A stretch of 61,451 nucleotides of DNA, counting the filler, from Chiloscyllium plagiosum (lineage: Eukaryota): assembly GCF_004010195.1 (NCBI RefSeq). It is 4 parts of one record of this genome, joined end to end, with 100 filler letters (N's around TTAATTAATTAA, not from the genome) between each part and the next. Parts side by side here need not be neighbours in the genome. Positions count along the whole stretch, not along the records: positions 1 to 19,665 come from NC_057714.1; positions 19,766 to 49,004 come from NC_057714.1; 2 more parts are not named here. The stretch is one strand, 5' to 3'. Each line of letters begins with the position of its first letter. Position 1 is the stretch's first letter. The position numbers and the translations under genes were made by a program. This document shows, one piece after another, positions 11,251 to 23,829 of this stretch. The notes below the pieces were generated by a model, which did no database searches, was not told the origin of the DNA, and worked only from the letters and a program-made list of their open reading frames with translations.

Positions 11251-11504
11251 AAATTAATTAATTAAAAAATTAATCATGTTTGTATGATTACAGGCTTGAA
11301 GAGCTCCAAAAATGACATCACTGCACGCTTCATAGGGTCAAAATCACTTTAATTTTATTAATTTTAATTACTTTCATAACTGAATGAATTATCTCGAAAA
11401 CTTACATGAATGATCATAATATTTTAATTAATCCTGCAAAGAACCAATTCAACAATATATTATCATTGCAATATGTCAAAACACCTCCAAAAATCACATT
11501 CATG

Positions 11505-12100
11505 TTAGCTATCCAAAATCTAAATGTCCAAAAATCAGTGAAGTCCGCATATCGGACATTTTGAAATGGTGGTGGGTTTTCATCTAAGGTCTGTATTTTT
11601 GATTATAATTATTTTCCTCCCCGTCTTCTTGCTTTCAGTTCTGCTGTGTCGGATTGTTTCTGTCTCAGGATGAGAAGGGGGATCATTATTCAGTCTTCCA
11701 GATGGTGGGCTTTCCTTGGCTTTGATTCTTCTCCAGAGTCAGTGATTAGATGGTGATGAGGGTGAGGGAAAGACAGACTACTGTTAGGGAATGCGATGTC
11801 GCTCACCAGCATCAGAGGCACTACCGTTATCTGTGACACTATCTGGGGCAAGTGACTGGGTTCTTAGGACTATTCCTTCATTTGCAGCTCAATGCATCTG
11901 ATGTGGTAGGAAGATTGGATAGAAGCATCTACTATCAAGCGAACATGGATCCTGACAGTTTTATTGTCTGTTTCAAGATCATTCCTCTGTTCAACATCTC
12001 TGTGAATTCCAGGGTCTTAAACAGATTGGATGTCCAAAACCCAGGAAATCCAAAATTCAACACTCCCTTAGTCCCAAAGTTGCTGCATTTGATACACTGT
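11505..12100. mobile_element. Possible Tigger/pogo-like DNA transposon relic
   Basis: Subterminal atccaaaatc/ccaaaa repeats at both ends and gtcccaaag...gatacactg resemble recalled Tigger4/MER46 ends. Confidence 0.35.
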
Positions 12101-12239
12101 CTTTCTGGTGGGTGGATTCAGTTGCATGGAAAATTAGAAAATCAAAGGTAAAGGAGAAGGTAGGATTGCAGTTTAGTGATGGTACTGATTATTACCAGAA
12201 AATAAATGAATATATGAATGTTAAATTGTGCCGATAAAT

Positions 12240-14080
12240 GATTAAAGTGCAGGGAAATTTGATAAAAGAACAAATTTAAAGAATTATATCTCAATGTACG
12301 AAGCATTAAGAATAAGGTGGACAAATTGATGGTGCAAATCAAGGTGAATGGTTATAATCTCATAGCCATTATGGAAACATGGTTACAATGAAATCAAAAC
12401 TGGGAACTTAACATTGATGGATATTTGACCTTTCAGAGAGACAGGAGGGATGGAAAAGGTGAGAAATGAAATGAGGACAGTTGTGTGAGATCATCTAGGC
12501 TTGGATGGTGTGGACTTCATTTGGATGGATATAAACAACAGAAAGAGAAAGAATACATTGGTTGGAGTAATACACAGACCCTCAGACAGTAGCCACTCTT
12601 TGGGAAAGACTATAAAATCCATAAATAATAGGAGCATTTAAAAAGAATAGAACAATAGTTATGGGTGACTTTAATCTTTGAGTTGTTTGAGTTAATTAGA
12701 TTGGAAATGGTAGCTATGACAGCAAATTCATAGGGTGCGTTAAGAATAGATTCCTAGAGCAATATGTCATGGAACTAACCAGGGAACAGGCTACCTTGGA
12801 TCTGCTAATGGGTAATGAGGCAAGTTTAATAAATGACCTCAGAGTAAAATATCCCCTAGGAAGTTGTGATCAAAACATGATCGAATTCAATGTTGAGTTT
12901 ACGAGTGAAGAACTTGGGTCAGAGGCAACTGTGTTTAACTTGAATAAAGGGAATCACAATGAAATAAGGATAGACTTAGCTAAAGTGAATTGAGTGATAG
13001 GTTAGCAGAAATCACAGTAAGCAGGCTTTGGCAGTCATTTAAGGAAATAATTCATGAATCTCAGCAAAACCATATCCCAGTAAGGAGGAAAAATTCTAAC
13101 TTCCATTGCAAACCAAGGAAGTTAAGGATAGTCTCAAGTAGAAAGAAAAATCATATCAGGAAGCTAAAGTCAATGATATCCCTGCAGAATCCAGGGAAGG
13201 AGGATTTAAAAGGTAATAACGACAGAGAAAATAAACTACGGGGACCAGCTAGTGAGGAATATAAAATTGACAAGAAGAGCTTCTTTAAATATATAAAAAG
13301 GAAGAGGTAGGTCAAAGTGAACATAGGCACTTTAGAAAATGAATCTAGGGAGATGGTCTTGAGGAACAAGGAAATAGCAGAGGAGTTAAATAGATATTTT
13401 GCATCAGTGTTTACAGTGGAAGATACTTCAAACATACCACTAATACTTTAAAAAAGGGAAGAATTAAGTGCCATCACCATCACTAAAGAAGTAGCAGTAG
13501 ACAAACTAGTCTACTAATCTGCTAAAGGCAGATAAGTCCCCTGGTCCTGATGGCTTGCTTCCTAGAATCCTAAAGGAGGTAGCTACATAGATAGTAGATG
13601 CATAGGTTATCATTTTCTAATGGTCAATGGATTCTGGAGAAATACCTGAAGATTGGAATACTGCTGACGTGATACCATATTTAAAAAGAGAGGGAGGCAA
13701 AAAGCAGGTAATTATAGGCTGATTAGCCTAATGTCTAACGTTGGAAAAGCACCGGAATCAATTATTAAGGAAGTAATAGCAGAACATTTGGAAAATCATA
13801 ATCTAATCAAGCAGAGTTAACACGCATCATTAAATGGAAATCATGTCTGAGTAATTTATTTGAGTATTTCAAGGAAGTCTCAACCAGAGTGGATAGAGGA
13901 GAATCAGGAGATGAGTTGTATTTGGACTCCCAGAAGGCATTCAAAAAGGTACCTCGCAAAAGGTTAAGTCATAAAATAAGAGTCCATGGTGTATATTGGC
14001 TTGGTTAGACAATTAACCCATTGGCAGGAAACAGGGAGTGGGGAAAGGGGTTCTTTTTTAGGATGGTGACTGTGATCAAT
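12240..14080 (+). mobile_element. CR1 LINE ORF2, APE endonuclease to RT, decayed
   Basis: LYLNVRSIKNK; TREQATLDLLM; GSCDQNMIEF; KSPGPDG; YLDSQKAFKKV. Confidence 0.92.
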
Positions 14081-14084
14081 GCTG

Positions 14085-14312
14085 AGACCATAACTCTTAT
14101 ACTCCAACTCCTTTGAAATAAGGGCCAACATTTCATTAGCCTTCCTGATTACCTGCTACAAATGTATACTAGAATTCTGTGTTTCATACACTGTAATCTC
14201 CAAGTCGCATTGTGTTGCAGCTACCTGCAGTTTTTCTCCTTTTAAATAATATTCTGTTCTTTTCGTCTTCCTTCCAAAATAAACAACTTCACAACTTCCC
14301 ACATTATACTAC
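14085..14312 (-). mobile_element. CR1 segment in inverted orientation (continues at 15775-15960 and 16320-16360)
   Basis: Minus strand reads RT C-terminal sequence ending ggagtataagagt. Confidence 0.75.
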
Positions 14313-15760
14313 AATCTGAAGTCACCACCTGCTTCAAGAAGACTACCATCATCCCAATGGGCAAAAGTGAGGACTGCAAATGCTGGAAACTAGAGTTTAG
14401 ATCTGAGTGGTGCTGGAAAAGCACAGCAGGTCAGGCAGCATCCGAGGAGCAGGAAATTCCTCGGATGCTGCCTGACCTGCTGTGCTTTTCCAGCACCACT
14501 CTGATCTAAATCCCACCATCCTCCCCATACCAAAGAAAACACATGCAATGTGCCTCAATGACTACCAAACGGTGCCTTTGATCTCCATAACCATGAAGTG
14601 CTTCGAGACGCTAGTTATGGCTCACATCAACTCTAGCCTCTTAGCCTGCTTTGATCCCTTGTAATTTACCTACTAGCGAAATAGATCTACAATGGATGCC
14701 ATTTCCTTAGCCCTACACTCATCTCTGGATAATAAGGATACCTAGGTCAGGCTCCTACTCATTGACTGCAGCTCCACCTTCAACACTATAATCCCAAACT
14801 AATCTCAAAACCCCAAGACCTAAGTCTCGGCTCTGCCCTCTGAAACTGGATCCTCAGCTTCCTGACCCACAGACCGCAATCAGCACCTCCTCCATGATAT
14901 CCTCCACACTGGCACCTTGCAAGGATGTGTACTCAACCCCTGACTGTACTCCGAGTATGCTCAAGACTGTATGGCTAAATTTCATTCGAATTCCACCTAC
15001 AAGTTTGTTGATGACACAACGTAGTAGGCCAGATTTCAAACAATAACGAGTCAGAATGCAGGAAGGAGATAGAATGCTTGGTGTCTGGTGCAAAAATCTC
15101 TACCTCAATGTCAGCAAAACTAAGGAACTGATCATTGACTTCAGAAAGAAAAAAGGAGGGCACACCCCTTTCGACACCAATGGAGCTGAGGTGGAGAGAG
15201 TGAAGAGTATCAAGTTCCGAGGAGTGACGATAACCAACAATCTGTCCTGGACCTCCCACGCTGCTGTGATGGTCAAGACAGCACAACAATGCCTTTTCTT
15301 CCTCAGGCGATTTAGGAAATTCAGCATGTCCATAAGGACCCTTACCAACTGCCCTGGATCGTAAGAAGCTACAGAAAGTTGTATACACAGCCTAGATCAT
15401 CATGCAAGCCAATCTCCCATCCATGGACTCCACTTACACTTCCCAATGCCACAGAAAGGCTGTCAATAGCATCAAAGACCCCTCCCACAGTGGTCATACT
15501 CTCTCCCAACCTCTTCCATCAGGCAAATGATACAGAAGCTTAAATACATGTATTAACACCTTCTTACCTGCTGTTATTAGACTGTTGAATGGACCTCTCT
15601 AATTTCAAATCTAATGTTGATCTTGCTTTTGTGCACCTCCTTTGCAGGCATAACCTTGTATGCCTCACTCTGTCTAAACACCCTATGATCTGTATATCCT
15701 TCTATGTTATGATCTGCATGTAAAACAAAACTTTTCACTGTGTTTACGTATTGTATTTAA
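14313..15760 (+). mobile_element. Rex1/Babar-type LINE, RT to 3' end
   Basis: CLNDYQTVPLISITMKCFETLV; KFVDDT; LNVSKTKELIIDFRK; AQQCLFFLRR. Confidence 0.88.
14359..14512. repeat. PLE-terminus foldback insertion (53-bp inverted repeat) inside the Rex1 element
   Basis: Arms at 14396-14448 and 14458-14510 with one mismatch; flanking imperfect duplication accatcatcccaat / accatcctccccat. Confidence 0.9.
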
Positions 15761-15959
15761 ATCAAACAAAAAAAATCAATTGCTAACTTACTTAACCTAT
15801 CAATATTCTTCTGTAAACAGTTTGTACCTCTTTCACAACTTGCCTTTCCACTTATATTTTCTGTAAATTTGGCGATAGTGCTTTCTCTTTCTTCCTCCAA
15901 GTCATTAATACATATTATAAATAATTGTGGTCGCAGTACTGATTCCACTGGTCATGGTT

Positions 15960-16320
15960 GACAACATGAAAAAGAGGGTGGACGCTAGGAAATTGTTTCC
16001 GTTAGGCGAGGAGACTAGGACCCGTAGACACAGCCTTAGAATTAGAGGGGGTAAATTCAGAACAGAAATGCGGAGACATTTCTTCAGCCAGAGAATGGTG
16101 GGCCTGTGGAATTCATTGCCAAAGAGTGCAGTGGAGGCTGGGACGCTAAATGTCTTCAAGGCAGAAATTGATAAATTCTTGATGTCACAAGGAATTAAGA
16201 TCTACGGGGAGAATGCGGGTAAGTGGAGTTGAAATGCCCATCAGCCATGATTGAATGGCGGAGTGGACTCGATGGGCCGAATGGCCTTACTTATGCTCCT
16301 ATGTCTTATGGTCTTTTGGT
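15960..16320 (+). mobile_element. CR1 LINE 3' end
   Basis: TRRHSLRIRG.KFRTEMRRHFFSQR.VGLWNSLP; cttatggt-type tail. Confidence 0.9.
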
Positions 16321-16360
16321 CTTATCCCTTTATCTCCACTTGCTGTTTCCTGCCCATTAA

Positions 16361-16568
16361 TCTTACTGCAGCTGTACAAGTGCTGGTGAGACCACAACTG
16401 AAATACGTGAGCATATTTGGTCCCCTTATTTTAATGAAAAATATAACTTTATTGGAGGCAGTTCAAAGAAGGTTCACGAGCATGATCCCTGGTATGGAGG
16501 GATTGTCGTATTAGCAAATACTAAACAGGTTGGAACTCTATTCATTGGGGGTTAGAAGAATGGGAGGT
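16361..16568 (+). mobile_element. CR1 ORF2 C-terminal fragment
   Basis: LVRPQLKY...LEAVQRRFT.MIPGM. Confidence 0.8.
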
Positions 16569-16569
16569 T

Positions 16570-16872
16570 TGTTTTATTCATTCACAGGAGATGGGCCTCA
16601 TTGGCGAGGCCAGTATGCATTGCCCAGAGGACAGTTGAGAGTCCTGTAGTTCTGGAGTCACATGTCATCCAGACCTGAAATGGATGGAATTTCCTTCCCC
16701 AAAGGTCATTAGTGAATCAGATTTTTTTTTTCTGATAATCGACAATGGTTTCATGTTTTTTTAATTCAAATTCCACCATCTGCCATAGTGGAATTCGAAC
16801 CTGGGTCCCTACATTACCTGGGTCTTCAAATTAGTAATTTAGCAACAATACCGCTAGGCTACAGTCTCCCCC
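16570..16872 (-). mobile_element. tRNA-derived SINE with a tail like LINE family B
   Basis: Minus-strand head with B box GGTTCGAATTCC; tail ...tgaatgaataaaac; homologous to 57950-58170. Confidence 0.75.
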
Positions 16873-16939
16873 ATTATGTGCTGCATGCTGAAAATAAAGT
16901 AAAATCATTTTTGTGGCCTCCCAGCGGATTAAAAAAAGT

Positions 16940-18668
16940 GAAAACTCTGCTCACCTAGTCATAGAAGAATACATTCAATAACTATAGAACAGTCAGTTTA
17001 ACTTTGATTGTGGGAAAACTTTTAGAAACGTTATTGGAGAAAAACAATAACTAAGTTAGTTAATCAACTGTGAATTAATTAGAGAAGCCCAATTTGTTAA
17101 GAACAAATTGTATTCAACTAACTTGATTATGTTTTACATTGAGATTAAACAAAAAACTAATGTGATTGATGTGATGCTTGTTGGCTTTCAAAAGACATTG
17201 AAGAAAGCATTAAATAATAGACATGGCAGCAATGTTCAAAACCATGGAATACTGTTAAAGAAGGATGGTAACGACAAGCCAGGGAACTATAGACCAGAGA
17301 GCCTGACGTCGGTGGTGGGCAAGTTGTTGGAGGGGATCCTGAGGGACAGGATGTGGAAAGGCAAGGACTGATTAGGGATAGTCAACTTGGCTTTGCGCGT
17401 GGGAAATCATGTCTCACAAACTTGATTGAGTTTTTTCAGGAAGTAACAAAGAGGATTGATGAGGGCAGAGCAGTAGATGTGATCTATATGGACTTCAGTA
17501 AGGTGTTCGACAAGGTTTCCCATAGGAGACTTATTAGCAAGGTTAGATCTCACGGAATATAGGGAGAACTAGCCATTTGGATTCAGAACTTGCTCAAATG
17601 TAAAAGACAGAGGGTGTTGGTAGAGGGTTGTTTTTCAGACTGGCCTGTGACCAGTGGAGTGCCACGAGGATCGGTGCTGGGTCCTCTACTTGTTGTATTT
17701 ACATAAATGATTTGGATGCGAGCATAAGAGGTATAGTTAGTAAGTTTGCAGATGACACCAAAATTGGAGGTGTAGTGGACAGCGAAGAGGGTTACCTCAG
17801 ATTACAACAGGATCTTGACCAGGTGGGCCAATGGGCTGAGAGGTGGCAGATGGAGTTTAATTCAGATAAATGCGAGGTGCTGCATTTTGGGAAAGCAAAT
17901 CTTAGCAGGACTTATGCACTTTATGGTAAGGTCCGAGGGAGTATTGCTGAACAAAGAGATCTTAGAATGCTGATTCATAGCTCCTTGAAAGTGGAATTGC
18001 AGGTAGATAGGATAATGAAGAAGGCGTTTGGTATGCTTTCCTTTATTGGTCAGAGTATTGAGTACACGCGTTAGGAGGTCATGTTGCGGCTGTACAGGAC
18101 ATTGGTTAGGCCACTGTTGGAATATTGTGTGCAATTCTGGTCACCTTACTATAGGAAAGATGTAATGAAACTTGAAAGGGTTCAGAAAAGATTCACAAGG
18201 ATGTTGCCAGGATTGGAGGATGTGAGCTATCCAGAGAGGCTGAACAGTCTGAGGCTGTTTTCTATGGAGTGTCGGAGGCTGAGGGGTGACCTTATAGAGG
18301 TTTACAAAATTATGAGGGGCACAGATAGGATAAATAAACAAAGTTTTTTTCCCTGAGGTCAGGAAGTCCAGAACTAGAGGGTATCGATTTAGGGTGAGAG
18401 GGGAAAGATATAAAAGAGACCTAAGGGGCAACCTTTTTACACAGAGAGGAGTAAGTGTATGGAATGAGCTGCCAGAGGAAGTGGTGGAGGCTGGTAAAAT
18501 TGCAACATTTAAAAGGCATTTGGATGGGTATATGAATAGGAAGGGTTTGGAGCGATATGGGCCGGGTGCTGGTAGGTGGGACTAGATTGGGTTGGGATAT
18601 CTGGTCGGCATGGACGGGTTGGACCAAAGGGTCTGTTTCCATGCTGTACATCTCTATGACTCTATGAC
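16940..18668 (+). mobile_element. CR1 LINE RT to 3' end (young copy from ~17250, older fragment before it)
   Basis: PGNYRPESLTSVVGK; YMDFSKVFDKV; KFADDTK; (ctatgact)n tail. Confidence 0.95.
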
Positions 18669-18669
18669 T

Positions 18670-19275
18670 AAATGTAAGGTGTAGACAGGATAGATCGAGT
18701 GAATCCTTAGAAAAGTATAAAGGCAGCAGGAGTATACTTAAGAGGAAAATCAGGAGGGCAAAAAAGGGGACATGAGATAGCTTTGGCAAATAGAATTAAG
18801 GACAATCCAAAGGGTTTTTACAAGTACTTTAAGGACAAAAGGCTAACTAGAGAAAGAATAGGGCCCCTCAAAGATCAGCAAGGCGGACTTTGGGTGGAGC
18901 CGCAGAAAATGGGGGACATACTAAACAAGTATTTTGCATCACTGTGGAAAAGGATATGCAAGATGTAGAATGTAGGGAAATAGATGGTGACATCTTGAAA
19001 AATGTCATATTACAGAGGAGGAAGGGCTGAATGACTTGAAACGCATAAAGGTGGATAAATCCCCAGGACCTAATCAGGTGTACCCAAGAACTCTGTGGAA
19101 AGCTAGGGAAGTGATTGCTGGGCCTCTTGCTGAGCTATTTGTATCATCGATAGACAATAGACAATAGACAATAGGTGCAGGAGTAGGCCATTCAGCAGGT
19201 GTACCCAAGAACTCTGTGGAAAGCTAGGGAAGTGATTGCTGGGCCTCTTGCTGAGATATTTGTATCATCGATAGA
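18670..19275 (+). mobile_element. CR1 ORF2 central fragment containing a ~120-bp tandem duplication
   Basis: ANRIKDNPKGFYKY; DKSPGPNQVYPR; same family as 60795-61451. Confidence 0.9.
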
Positions 19276-19665
19276 CAATAGACAATAGATACAGGAGTAG
19301 GCCATTCAGCCCTTTGAGCCTGCACCACCATTCAATATGATCATGGCTGATCATTCCTAATCATTTCCCTCTTCCTGCCTTATCTCCATAACCCTTGATT
19401 CCACTATCTTTGAGAGCTCTATCCAACTCTTTCTTAAATGAATCCAGAGACTGGGCCTCCACTGCCCTCTGGGGCAGAGCATCCCACACAGCCACCACTC
19501 TCTGGGTGAACAAGTTTCTCCTCATCTCTGTCCTAAATGATCTACCCCGTATTTTTAAGCTGTGTCCTCTGGTTCGACACTCACCCATCAGCGGAAACAT
19601 GTTTCCTACTGCCAGAGTGTCCAATCCTTTCATAATCTTACACGTCTCAATCAGATCCCCTCTCA
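19275..19665 (-). mobile_element. CR1 LINE 3' end
   Basis: RTRGHSLKIRG..FRTEMRRNLFTQRVV; (ctattgt)n tail. Confidence 0.92.
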
Positions 19666-19765
19666 NNNNNNNNNNNNNNNNNNNNNNNNNNNNNNNNNNN
19701 NNNNNNNNNTTAATTAATTAANNNNNNNNNNNNNNNNNNNNNNNNNNNNNNNNNNNNNNNNNNNN

Positions 19766-20150
19766 GAGAATCATCTTTGCTATCCTTTCCTCTACATCTC
19801 TGGAACTATTCGGAGGCCTATAGAAAACTCCCAACAAGGTGACCTCTCCTTTTCTGTTTCTAACCTCAGCCCATACTACCTCAGTTGACGATTCCCAAAC
19901 ATCCTTTCTGCCACTGTAATACTGTCCTTGACCAACAATGCCACACCTCCCCCTCTTTTACCATCTTCTCTGTTCTTACTGAAACATTTAAATCCTGGAA
20001 CCTGCAACAACCATTCCTGTCCCTGCTCTAACCATGTCTGAAATGGCCACAACATTGAAGTCCCAGGTACCAACCCATGCTGCAAGTTCACCCACCTTAT
20101 TCCGGATGCTCCTGGCGTTGAAGTAGACACACTTCAAACCAACTTCACTT
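19766..20150 (-). mobile_element. CR1 APE fragment
   Basis: KRGGGVALLVKDSI motif. Confidence 0.85.
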
Positions 20151-20859
20151 ATATGTATCTGTAGTCTCCCTGTAATGCAAGTAGTTGCTTTCTTATTGCA
20201 CTTTTTCTATTTTGGAAAACTTCTTGCTTTAACATTATTTTTAAATTGTAACATATCCTCTCAGTGGAATGATTCCATTCCCAACATTTCCTTTCTCACA
20301 GTCACACTCTGCAAAAGCCCTGAATTTTCTCACCTTCTTTTGCCAACTGCAGGCTAACCTATTAGAACCTTTGCTATTTTTTCATTATTCTTTATTTTTA
20401 TTCTTTTGTATAATTTTGGTTTGGAGTCATGAGCTGGGAATTATGAGTCAGAAATGACTGGTGGACTTTGAAACAGTTTGTGGTAAAATAAAAATAACAG
20501 ACCGTCAAACTTTTTGAGGCCAGGCCTGTGAACATAATGCAAGATTTTACTGTAGTAGAGTTCATCTTTCTCCCTTCTTATTGTTCCTCCCCTCAGCTCC
20601 TCCAGTCGTTGTTTGACGTCGGCTGGACTGTGCAAACCAGGCTCTGGGGTCTTGGTTGCAGGCCCCTGCCGTGGCCACAATTGGGACTGCTGTATCTGAG
20701 CTGTAACCATTGGACCTGGGAATGTACAGATTCCATCCCTCCTGTTCCATATCCAACGCTCCTCCAGAGGTTGCTGCCAGTCATCGAGGTCCTCTGCCAT
20801 CCGTTTTGCCCATGCTTCCGCTCCTTCAGATGCCTGGGTCTCGCCACAGACCAGAAGCC

Positions 20860-21560
20860 TTGCATTCCATCAAGGCCAGGAGACTTGTCTACTTTTAGCT
20901 TCATTAGCTTGCTCAACACTCCTCTTTAGTGATAATAATTGTTTCCAGGTCCTCATCTATCTTTGTCTCCTTGTCAATTACTGTCATGTTATTTGTGTCC
21001 TCCACTGTGAAGACCGACATAAACTACCTGGTCAATGCCTCAGCCATTTCCTCAATTGCCATTACTAAATCCTCCTACTCATCCTGTAAACGACCAATGT
21101 TTACCTTGGCCACTCTTTTTCGTTTTATATATTTATAGAAACTCCTGCTATCTGTCTTTATATTCTGAGCTAATTTACTCTCATAATCTATCTTACTATT
21201 CTTTATAGTTGTTTTTGTGGCTTTCTGTTGACCTTTAAAGTTTTACCAATCTTCTAGTTTCCTGCTGCTCTTTGCCACTTTGTATGCCTTCTCTTTTAAT
21301 TTGATAGCCTTCCTTATTTCCTTAGACACACATGGAAGATTACCTCTTTTCCTATAGTCCTTCCTTTTCACTGGAATATACTTTTGCTGAGCACTCTGAA
21401 AAATTACTTTGAAAGTCCTGCACTGATGATCTACTGTTCCACCATAAAGTATTTGCTTCTAGTTCACTTCAGCCAACTCCTTTCTCATCCTATTGTAGTC
21501 TCCTGTTTAAGCATAGGACCCTGGTTTTGGATTTTATCTTCACAGTTTCCATCTGTGCTC
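20860..21560 (-). mobile_element. CR1 ORF2 central fragment
   Basis: LKVDKSPGLDGM at its truncated end; YRYIKRKR. Confidence 0.85.
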
Positions 21561-21589
21561 AGCACAGTTCTCAATTTATCCCTCTGTGT

Positions 21590-23120
21590 TGCCACCTCAA
21601 TAAATTTTGGGCACAATGTGACATTGAAATGTTCTTCTGTCACCTTTGTCTCCATGCCCATTTCTTTGGACTGTCCTGTCCAATCCCACAGACCCCTTCA
21701 CTCACCTCCAATACTTTCCCTCCACCCAAACCCTTACCTCTTGACTTTTACCTGCACTCAACTTGCTATTGAGAACTGTCGATTTGACATCAGTCACTTT
21801 AATTTCTCTGCCTCTCCCTTTATCCATTCAAACTGATGTCCCTCTGAACTGACTGCACTCTGTGCTTTCCAATCCAACCTGACTTTGTATTCAAGCTGCC
21901 TACAACAGTGGTAGTGTTGTTGTCTGGTGTACTGTTGTTATCTGGTCCAGTTCTTGCACCCCTCCTCCTATTTACCCCAGACCATGACCCCATCATCAAA
22001 TACCAGGCTAATGTGTCCACAACAGTCACTGATATAATTTTATCCAGTGATCACCCCCACCTCCAAACTCATAGTCCCCCAACCCACCACATGCCACTTC
22101 TATTTCCTTCCCAGATTCCACAAACAGGACTGCCCGGAGAGACCCATTGTTTCTGCCTGCTCGTGCCCCACAGATCTCATCTCTTCCTACCGCCACTTGA
22201 TATTTTTCTCCACTTGTCCATTCCATTCCCTTCCCACTTGCATGCCAGCAACTCTTCTGATGCTTTATGTCAGTTTAAGCATTTCCAGTTTGCGGACTTC
22301 AGCTGCCTTCTCTTTGCCATGGATGTGCAATCCCTCTACACATTCACTCCCATCAGGATGGTCTCAGGGCTCTCTGCTTCTTCCTGGAAAAAAAGTTCTG
22401 ACCCATCCCCATCCATCACCGCTCTCCTCTGCTTGGCCGAGCTTGTCATCACTTTGGACAACTTCTTGAACTCCTCTCACTTTCTTCAAGTCAAAGGAGT
22501 GGCCATGTGTACCTGCATGGGCCCCAGTTGTGCCAGTCTCTTTATGGTGTATGTGGAATGTTCCTTGTTCCAGTCCTACTCTGGCTCCCACCCACAACTT
22601 TCTTCAGTACATCGATGACAGCATTGGCACTGCTTCCCTCTCTTGTCTGGAATTGGATAGGTTTATCACCTTCACCTGGTCCATCTCTGACCCCCCCCCC
22701 CCTTCCCTTCCTCATCATCTCTGTTTCCATTTCTGGCATTAGGCTGGCCACAATATCCACTACAAACCAACCGACTCTCAGTTTCCAAGGCTATACACCC
22801 TCACAGCCTGCTGCCTGTAAAGACTCCATTCCATTCTCCCAGTTTCTGCACCTCCACTACATCTGTTCTGATGGTGCCATCTTCCACACGGGATCCTCAG
22901 GAAATGTCCATCTTTTGCCTCATCCGAGGATTCCACACCATCATGGTTCACAGGGCCCTCAGCCGTGTCTGACCCATCGTAGCCTTCAGGACTCAGGATG
23001 GAGTTCAATAATTTTAAAGCCTGGGCATCTCCTTCCATTCCTTTACCCACCCACATACATCAGGCCTACTTTCACTACAACCAACCCATTTTCACATATT
23101 AATGATCCTTATGACTAGGT
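21590..23120 (+). mobile_element. PLE N-terminal and RT region, decayed
   Basis: FYFLPRFHKQDCPERPIVS; MDVQSLYT; GVAMCTCMGP; QYIDD; KDSIPFSQF. Confidence 0.88.
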
Positions 23121-23154
23121 TTTCTCTCTTCCCGACTTACCATCATCCACTCCT

Positions 23155-23790
23155 TCAGTGGGATGTCACTCATGCCCCCCCTACACATTAACAGCACAGA
23201 GGTGGAACAAGTGGAGAGTGTCAAGCTCCTGGGAGTGGTCATCCACAACAAGCTTTCTTGGACTCTTCATGTGGACACACTGGTTACAAAGGCCCAACAA
23301 CGTCTTTTCTTCCTCAGGCAGCTGAGGAATTTTGGCATGATGGTGAATACCCTTTATAGGTTGCACCATCGAGAGCATTCTGTCTGGCTGTATCACCACC
23401 TGGTGTGGCACCTGTACCATTCAAGATTGGAGATGGTTACAAAGAGTGGTGAACTCGGCCCGCTGTCAAGGAAAGGCTGCCAGCATTCTTAAAGAGCCAT
23501 CCCACCCTGTTAATGTTTTTCTACAACCTCTACTATCAGGGAGAAGGTACAGAAGCCTGAACACACGCACCAGCCGGTTTCATAACAGCTTCTACCCTAC
23601 TGTTGTTAGAATACTGAATAGACTCACAAACTCTTAACATCGCCTGTACCTGTGTTTTTGTTTTTGCTGCTGTTTACCTGTTATTTACTTATCAATGCTA
23701 CTTAACTCTGTGATCTGCCTGTATTACTCGCAAGACAAAGCTTTTCATTGTGCCTCGGTACACGGGACAATAAATTCAGTCCAATTCATC
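23155..23790 (+). mobile_element. Rex1/Babar LINE 3' fragment
   Basis: VEQVESVKLLGV..KAQQRLFFLRQL; GRRYRSL..RTSRFHNSFYP; aataaattca tail. Confidence 0.9.
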
Positions 23791-23829
23791 TGCCCAACTG
23801 TTACTCTCTCTCATAAAAAAGAAAGGCAG

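Noticed and set aside
19666..19765. TTAATTAATTAA centred in a 100-bp N run (19710-19721; also 49049-49060 and 54753-54764)
   Set aside because: Identical N44-linker-N44 layout three times; an artificial scaffolding spacer with stops in all frames, not biology
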